A DNA stretch of 64,000 bases from Candidatus Eiseniibacteriota bacterium. GTDB lineage: Bacteria; Eisenbacteria; RBG-16-71-46. Within the stretch, counting starts at the first letter, position 1. Each line of letters begins with the position of its first letter. The DNA lies in the NCBI GenBank assembly GCA_963725865.1, contig CAVSAC010000012.1, forward strand, positions 928,001 to 992,000, read 5' to 3'. Below the pieces are notes generated by a model. That model did not search any database. It was not told where the DNA came from and worked only from the letters and a program-made list of their open reading frames with translations. A program made the translations under genes and the position numbers. Shown piece by piece: positions 58,392-64,000 of the stretch.

Positions 58392-59990
58392 ATGTCGCTC
58401 CCGCTGCCCCCTGCCCTGTGGATCGCCCTCGGTCAGGGCGCGGCCGGGCTCGCGTACGGGGCGGTCCAGCTCGCGATGCTGTTCTACGCCGTGCACCGCG
58501 CCGTGGTCCTGGTGCGCTGGTGGCGCGGGCGGCGGCGACCCCTCGCAGCTCCCGCGCCGCCAGCGGAGTGGCCGGTGGTCACGGTCCAGCTGCCGGTCTA
58601 CGACGAGCGGCGGGTCGTCGAGCGGCTGATCGACGCGGTGGCGGCGCTCGACTATCCGCGCGAACGACTCGAGATCCAGGTGCTGGACGACTCCACGGAC
58701 GACACGTGGACGCGTGCGGCGGTGGCGGTGGCGCGCCACCGCGCGCGCGGGATCGACGTCGTGCACCTGCGACGCTTCGGGCGCGACGGTTTCAAGGCCG
58801 GCGCGCTGGCCGCCGGGCTCACCCGCGCCCGCGGCAGCCTGCTCGCGGTGTTCGACGCCGACTTCGTTCCTCCCGCGGACTTCCTGCGACGCACGGTGCC
58901 GCACTTCTCCGATCCGCGGGTCGGCATGGTGCAGGCACGCTGGGCGCACCTGAACCGTCGCCGTTCGCTGCTCACCGCCGCGCAGGCGGCGCTGCTCGAT
59001 TCGCACTTCCTGCTCGAGCACCGCGCCCGGATGGCGAGCGGGCTGTTCTTCAACTTCAACGGCACCGCCGGGCTGTGGCGCCGGGCGTGCATCGAGGACG
59101 CCGGCGGGTGGTCGCACGATACGCTGACCGAGGACCTCGATCTCTCGTACCGCGCCCAGCTGCGGGGCTGGCGTTTCGTGTTCGATCCGAGCGTGGAGGC
59201 GCCGGCCGAACTGCCCGCCGACATGGAGGCGTTCAAGTCGCAGCAGCGTCGCTGGGCGAAGGGCTCGATCCAGACCGCGCGCAAGGTGCTGCCGGGGCTG
59301 CTGGCGGGACCGCTGCCCGCGCGCGTGAAGCTCGAGGCGTTCGTGCACCTGACCAGCAACCTGGCCTATCCGCTGCTGCTGGTGCTCGGTGCGCTGCTGC
59401 TGCCGGTCATGCTCGATCGCCGCATGCTGGCGCCCCCGCTCGCGTGGTTCGTGCAGGCGGGTGTGCTGGCGTTCGGCGTGCTGCCGGTGGTGCTGTTCCT
59501 GATCGCGGGTCAGCGCGCGAGCGGCGCGGGATGGGCGCGCGCGCTGCGCGACTCCCTCGCCGCGCTGGTGCTCGGGATGGGGATGTCCGTGAACAACGCG
59601 CGCGCGGTGTGCGAGGCGCTCGGCCCGCGCCTCGGAGACTGGGAGCGCACCCCGAAGTCGGGAGAGGGCGGCGCGCGGGCGGTGGCGCCGGGCTACCGTG
59701 CGGCGCGCAGCGCGACCGGCCGCGCCGAGCTGGCGCTGGCGCTCTATGCCGCGGGGCTCTGCGGCCTCGCGCTCGCCATCCGCCAGTGGCGCACGCTGCC
59801 GTTCGTCCTGCTGCTGCTGGCGGGCTTCCTCAGCGTGGGCTGGGCCTCGCTGCGCGATCGCCGCTCGTTTTCGCGCGCCGCCGAATCGCGCGGCCGACCC
59901 GCCGCGCCGCGCGGGGCGAGCACCAACGGAAGCGGGGCGGCGTCCATCGCCGCCCCGCCCGTCGTCCGATCCGCGACTAGAGCCGGGTGA
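58392..59990 (+). CDS. GT2 processive glycosyltransferase (CesA-like)
   Basis: VTVQLPVY, QVLDDSTD, GFKAGAL, FDADF, FNGTAG, TLTEDLD, QQRRW, C-terminal TM helices. Confidence 0.88.
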   Translation: MSLPLPPALWIALGQGAAGLAYGAVQLAMLFYAVHRAVVLVRWWRGRRRPLAAPAPPAEWPVVTVQLPVYDERRVVERLIDAVAALDYPRERLEIQVLDDSTDDTWTRAAVAVARHRARGIDVVHLRRFGRDGFKAGALAAGLTRARGSLLAVFDADFVPPADFLRRTVPHFSDPRVGMVQARWAHLNRRRSLLTAAQAALLDSHFLLEHRARMASGLFFNFNGTAGLWRRACIEDAGGWSHDTLTEDLDLSYRAQLRGWRFVFDPSVEAPAELPADMEAFKSQQRRWAKGSIQTARKVLPGLLAGPLPARVKLEAFVHLTSNLAYPLLLVLGALLLPVMLDRRMLAPPLAWFVQAGVLAFGVLPVVLFLIAGQRASGAGWARALRDSLAALVLGMGMSVNNARAVCEALGPRLGDWERTPKSGEGGARAVAPGYRAARSATGRAELALALYAAGLCGLALAIRQWRTLPFVLLLLAGFLSVGWASLRDRRSFSRAAESRGRPAAPRGASTNGSGAASIAAPPVVRSATRAG

Positions 59991-61314
59991 TCTTGCGCGA
60001 GACCTTTCCGCGATAGGCGTTGCGCGTGTCGACCAGGCCCTTCGCATGCCGCAGCACCTCGCGGTAGGGCAGGTCCTTGTGCGCGGTCGCCACCACCACG
60101 CAGTCGAAGCGGCGCAGTGTCGCCGGCGTGAGCTTGGTGCTGCGCATCCGCTTGCCGGCGAAGTCGATCGTGGGCACGTGGGGATCGTGGAATTCGATCC
60201 GGGCGCCGTGCTCGCGCAGCTTCTCCATGATGTCGAGCGAGGGACTCTCGCGCACGTCGTCGATGTCGGCCTTGTACGCCACGCCGAGCACCAGCACCTT
60301 GGAGCCGCGAATCGCCTTGCCGCGGCGGTTGAGGTTCTCGCCCACCAACGTCACGACGTGCTCGGGCATCTGCCCGTTCACGCTGCCCGCCAGCTCGATG
60401 AAACGCGCCTCGAATCCGAACGCGCGCGCCTTCCACGACAAGTAGAACGGGTCGATCGGTATGCAGTGCCCGCCCAGCCCGGGCCCGGGATAGAAGCGCA
60501 TGAAGCCGAACGGCTTGGTGGCCGCCGCGTCGATGACCTCCCAGACGTCGACGCCGAGGCGCTTGCACATCATCGCGAGCTCGTTGACGAGGCCGATGTT
60601 CACGCTGCGGAACGTGTTCTCGAGCAGCTTCACCATCTCGGCGACCTGGCACGAGGACACGGGCACGACCGTCTCGAGCCGCTGGCGGTACAGCTCGACC
60701 GCCGCGCGCGTGCACTCGGCGGTGACGCCGCCGACCACCTTGGGGATGTTCCGCGTATTGAACTTCGGATTGCCCGGGTCGACGCGCTCCGGCGAGAACG
60801 CGAGGAAGAAGTCCTCGCCGACCTTGAGCCCGCGCGCCTCGAGCATCGGCAGCACCAGCTCCTCGGTGGTGCCGGGGTAGGTGGTGCTCTCGAGGATCAG
60901 GAGCATGCCGCGGTGCAGGTACTTCGCGACCTGCTCGAACGCCGAGACGATGAAGGACACGTCGGGGTCGCGCGACTTCGACAGCGGCGTCGGCACTGCG
61001 ACGTTCACCGCGTCCACTTTCTTCAGCACGCTGAAGTCCGTGGTGGCGACGAGATGGCCGGACTTGACCACCGCTCGCAGGTCGCGGGTCGGGACGTCCT
61101 GGATGTACGAGGTCCCGCGCTGGACCTGCCGGACGCGATCCTCGCGAAGGTCGATGCCGGTCACCCGGAAGCCGGCCTGCGCCAGCTCGACGGCGAGCGG
61201 CAGGCCCACGTATCCGAGCCCGATGACTCCGAGGTGGGCCTTGCGATCCTGGATGCGACGTATGAGTGAATCGGCCGCGGAGCGGCCACGGGTACCACGA
61301 GGGGAGCGTTTCAT
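59977..61314 (-). CDS. Nucleotide-sugar dehydrogenase (UDP-GlcNAc/ManNAc 6-dehydrogenase, WecC/TviB-like)
   Basis: VIGLGYVGLPLA, VPTP, ESTTYPGTT, FSPERVDPG, KLLENTFR, GGHCIP.DP, DDVRESP. Confidence 0.9.
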   Translation of the reverse strand: MKRSPRGTRGRSAADSLIRRIQDRKAHLGVIGLGYVGLPLAVELAQAGFRVTGIDLREDRVRQVQRGTSYIQDVPTRDLRAVVKSGHLVATTDFSVLKKVDAVNVAVPTPLSKSRDPDVSFIVSAFEQVAKYLHRGMLLILESTTYPGTTEELVLPMLEARGLKVGEDFFLAFSPERVDPGNPKFNTRNIPKVVGGVTAECTRAAVELYRQRLETVVPVSSCQVAEMVKLLENTFRSVNIGLVNELAMMCKRLGVDVWEVIDAAATKPFGFMRFYPGPGLGGHCIPIDPFYLSWKARAFGFEARFIELAGSVNGQMPEHVVTLVGENLNRRGKAIRGSKVLVLGVAYKADIDDVRESPSLDIMEKLREHGARIEFHDPHVPTIDFAGKRMRSTKLTPATLRRFDCVVVATAHKDLPYREVLRHAKGLVDTRNAYRGKVSRKITRL

Positions 61315-61394
61315 AGGGAGCGAAGGCTAGCACCCGCGCGCGAAGCGGCGCAAACCCGGCGCCCCCACCGCGAGCGCGAAGCCGCAGGCAACTC

Positions 61395-61423
61395 TTGAGC
61401 ACGCCGCAGCGCCCGCCTAGTAT
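61395..61423 (+). promoter_or_regulatory. Sigma70-type promoter, near-leaderless
   Basis: TTGAGC-N17-TAGTAT, 9 nt before ATG 61433. Confidence 0.55.
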
Positions 61424-61432
61424 CGCGCGACC

Positions 61433-63502
61433 ATGGTCCCGAGCACGACGCGAGAGCGCCGCTTCGGACTCCCCGATACCGAAGTCCTGGTGCTGTGTGG
61501 AGCGGCCGCACTCGGCGCGCTGCTCGTGATCCTGCATGCCCCCGCCGTCGCACGGATCCCCGCCGGACTGATCCTGTTCGCGCTGCTCCCCGGCGCCGTG
61601 CTCGCGCGGCTCGCGCGCCGCGACCCGCGCGTGCGCCTCGAGGACTGGCTGCTGCAGACGATCACGTTCTCCCCGCCGATCGTGATCGCGGCGCGCGCGC
61701 TCTCCACGACGGTCGGGCTCTCGTGGGAGGCGTTCGCGGTCGCGCTGGCGGCCGTGCTGGCAGGCGCCGCGCTCGTGGTCCCCGCGGCTCGGGTGCGCGG
61801 CCTCGAGGCCGACCGTCGGGTGCTGGCGATCGGGCTGGCGATCGGGATCGCGGTGGCGCTGCCGGCATGGGTCGACCTCCGCACCCGCGTGTTCGGCGAC
61901 GCGCTCGTGCACGCGCAGATCGTCCACGAGCTCCAGCTGCGTGGCCTGCCGCCCCAGGACCCGTCCTATGCCGGCGTGCCACTGACCTACATGTGGCTGC
62001 TCCACGTGGGGTGGGCGGCGCTGGGTGCCGCCACCGGGCTCGCGCCGTTCTACGTGTTCCCGCTCGTGAACGGCCTGATGGCGGTCGCGCTCGTGATGGC
62101 CGCGCGGCTGGGGACCGAGGCGCTCGGCGGCGGGCGATCCGCGCAGCGCGCGGCGGCGGTGGTGGTGCCGCTCGGCATGAACGCGCTGGGCTGGCTCCCC
62201 GCGGTCGCGTTCACGCTCGGCCGCGCGATGATCGGGCACGATCGCGGCGCCGGCGTGCTGGCGGCGGGCCTGCGCGCGCTGCTGGTCGCGCCGGATGCCA
62301 ACGGGATCGCGAGCGCGCTGCTGCCCGGCGGCTACGTCGTGCTCGCGAGCTTCCTCTACAAGTACCTCTGCGCGAACGCGCTCGCGACCGGGCTCACGTA
62401 CGCCGCCGCGGCGTGGGGGTGGGCCGCGACCCAGTTGCGCGCCCCGCGACTGGATCGCTCGCTCGCGCTCGCGGTCTCGGTGCTCGGCGCGACCGCGGTC
62501 CACCCGATGGTCGGGCTCCCGGCGGCGGTCGGGCTGCTGTTCGGTCTGGCGGCCGCGCTCGTCGATCGTCGTGCCCAGCCGCGCGCCGTCGCGACCACGG
62601 TGGCCGTAGGGCTCGGCATCGCGCTGGCGCTGCCGATCGTGCGGCTGCTGCTCGGGGGTGCCGAGCACTCGGCGGCGCCGATTTCGTTCCGGCTCGTGAC
62701 GGAGAACTTCCGGATCCTGCCCCAGGTCCTGGTCGGCGTGCTGCCGGCGGCGATCGTGTGGTGGCGGCGATCGTCGGCCGAGCTCGCGCACCGGGCGTTC
62801 GTCCTCGGCTACGCGGCCGCCGTGACGGTGTTCGCGCTGGCGGTGCGGCTACCGTTCCTGGCTTACGCCTATCCCGTGTACGTGGTCTACCTGGCCTGCG
62901 CGCTGCCAGCGGGCGAGGGCTTCGCACGCTGCGCGACGGCGCTGCGTGAGCGCGGCTGGCCGCGGAGGGCGCGTGCCGCCCTGCTGCTGGTGCTGCTGCT
63001 GCCGTCGACCCTGCTCCTGTACCACGGCTTCCTGCGCCAGGGTCACCCCGGCGGGCTCGCCGGCTATCCGGAGGGAACCGACGAGATGAGGGTCTACGAG
63101 TACCTTCGGATGCATACCCCGGTCGACGCGGTGGTGGTGGACCTGCCCTACTTCGCGTCGTCGGCCGCCGCGGGCTATTCGGGGCGCCGCGGGTTCTTCG
63201 GGGGATTGCGGCAATCCGACCTGGTCGGCTACCCGCGCGAGGCGATGCGCCGTCGCGATGCGGCGGTGAGGGACCTCTATTTCGGTCAGGGTGCGCTGCG
63301 GGAGGGGACCCGCGCCGAGCTGCGACGGATCGCGGCCGACGTCTACGTGGTGGCGCATCGGAGCGCGCCGCCGAATCCCGCGGTCGCGGTGCCCGCCGGG
63401 ATCGCCGGGGACGCGGTCGCGCGGCTGGACGCGCTGGCGGGCGAGTTCGTGCCGGTGGTGCGGACCGCAGGGATCACGCTCTATCGGTGGGTCCGCGCCT
63501 GA
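61433..63502 (+). CDS. Polytopic membrane protein, GT-C-like
   Basis: More than 12 hydrophobic segments; GDALVH, PPQDPSYAG.PLTY; soluble C-terminus YLRMHTP.DAVV...SGRR. Confidence 0.6.
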   Translation: MVPSTTRERRFGLPDTEVLVLCGAAALGALLVILHAPAVARIPAGLILFALLPGAVLARLARRDPRVRLEDWLLQTITFSPPIVIAARALSTTVGLSWEAFAVALAAVLAGAALVVPAARVRGLEADRRVLAIGLAIGIAVALPAWVDLRTRVFGDALVHAQIVHELQLRGLPPQDPSYAGVPLTYMWLLHVGWAALGAATGLAPFYVFPLVNGLMAVALVMAARLGTEALGGGRSAQRAAAVVVPLGMNALGWLPAVAFTLGRAMIGHDRGAGVLAAGLRALLVAPDANGIASALLPGGYVVLASFLYKYLCANALATGLTYAAAAWGWAATQLRAPRLDRSLALAVSVLGATAVHPMVGLPAAVGLLFGLAAALVDRRAQPRAVATTVAVGLGIALALPIVRLLLGGAEHSAAPISFRLVTENFRILPQVLVGVLPAAIVWWRRSSAELAHRAFVLGYAAAVTVFALAVRLPFLAYAYPVYVVYLACALPAGEGFARCATALRERGWPRRARAALLLVLLLPSTLLLYHGFLRQGHPGGLAGYPEGTDEMRVYEYLRMHTPVDAVVVDLPYFASSAAAGYSGRRGFFGGLRQSDLVGYPREAMRRRDAAVRDLYFGQGALREGTRAELRRIAADVYVVAHRSAPPNPAVAVPAGIAGDAVARLDALAGEFVPVVRTAGITLYRWVRA

Positions 63503-63629
63503 ACGGCGCGGGCCTCGAGGCGAAGGTGGGCGGTGGCCGCCAGCGGGGAGGCCCGCCCCGGCCCGGCGCGGCGGGCGGGTGGCGCGGCCCGCTCGTGTTC
63601 CGTGCGCGCGCCCTGTATTCTCGCGCCCG

Positions 63630-64000
63630 ATGTCCGCTCCGGGTCCAGTCCACATCGCGCGGTACCTCCGAGATGGCCGTCCGCACATCGGACGGCGCGA
63701 CGGAGCCGGATTCGCACGTCTGGACGCGTACCCGTGGGAGGGCGGCGCTCCCACCGGAGTGCTCGACCCCGCCGAGGCGGTGACGCTGCTCGCCCCCGTG
63801 GTGCCGACCAAGATCGTCTGCGTCGGCCTCAACTATCGCGCGCACATCGCCGAGAGCGTCACGGTGCTGCCCGGCACCGATCCGCCGGCGGAGCCGCTGC
63901 TGTTCTTCAAGCCACCGAGCGCCGTGGTGGCCAGCGGGCAGTCGATCCTCTACCCGCCGAGCGTCACCCGCCTCGACCCGGAGGCGGAGCTGGCGGTCGT
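63630..64000 (+). CDS. Fumarylacetoacetate hydrolase family protein (3' partial)
   Basis: LLAPVVPTKIVCVGLNYRAH...EPLLFFKPPSA...DPEAELAV; not present in the ORF track. Confidence 0.88.
   Translation, partial: MSAPGPVHIARYLRDGRPHIGRRDGAGFARLDAYPWEGGAPTGVLDPAEAVTLLAPVVPTKIVCVGLNYRAHIAESVTVLPGTDPPAEPLLFFKPPSAVVASGQSILYPPSVTRLDPEAELAV

Overview
Very GC-rich window from a diderm (Gram-negative) bacterium, with almost all genes on the + strand. FlgD/T9SS-like C-terminal domains, a PorV-like barrel, a GWxTD protein and a Tol-Pal system suggest an FCB-adjacent candidate phylum such as Ca. Eisenbacteria; this is an inference, not a database result. Most of the window is core genome: ftsK-rimO-hyp-bamD-nadD-MTase-polA-coaE-prfB-mpg, pfkA-gap-pgk-tpiA-secG-tRNA-Leu(GAG), tolQRAB-pal-cpoB-Omp85, an nfo...moaB-dcd operon, an orphan nuoI, hsp20-dnaK and a glycosylation cluster. 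The main points of interest are: (1) a five-gene envelope locus (hatch-type barrel, TonB-dependent receptor, ~990-aa Ca-motif protein with a sorting-like C-terminal domain, PorV-like barrel, GWxTD protein) that looks like a T9SS-like export/display module outside Bacteroidota, with two more proteins carrying the same C-terminal domain elsewhere in the window; (2) a full 412-aa LAGLIDADG intein in the active-site motif of dCTP deaminase; (3) a 5'-truncated IS5 transposase linked by 4-bp overlaps to the genes on both sides, whose terminal sequence supplies the start codon of the first of two TolB-like lipoproteins; (4) a gamma-carbonic-anhydrase/DinB fusion, an archaeal-type endonuclease IV, a candidate sigma-54 promoter for hsp20-dnaK and recurrent leaderless promoters. 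prfB has the canonical programmed +1 frameshift. The single-base frameshifts in ftsK, polA and the large secreted protein are most likely consensus errors.
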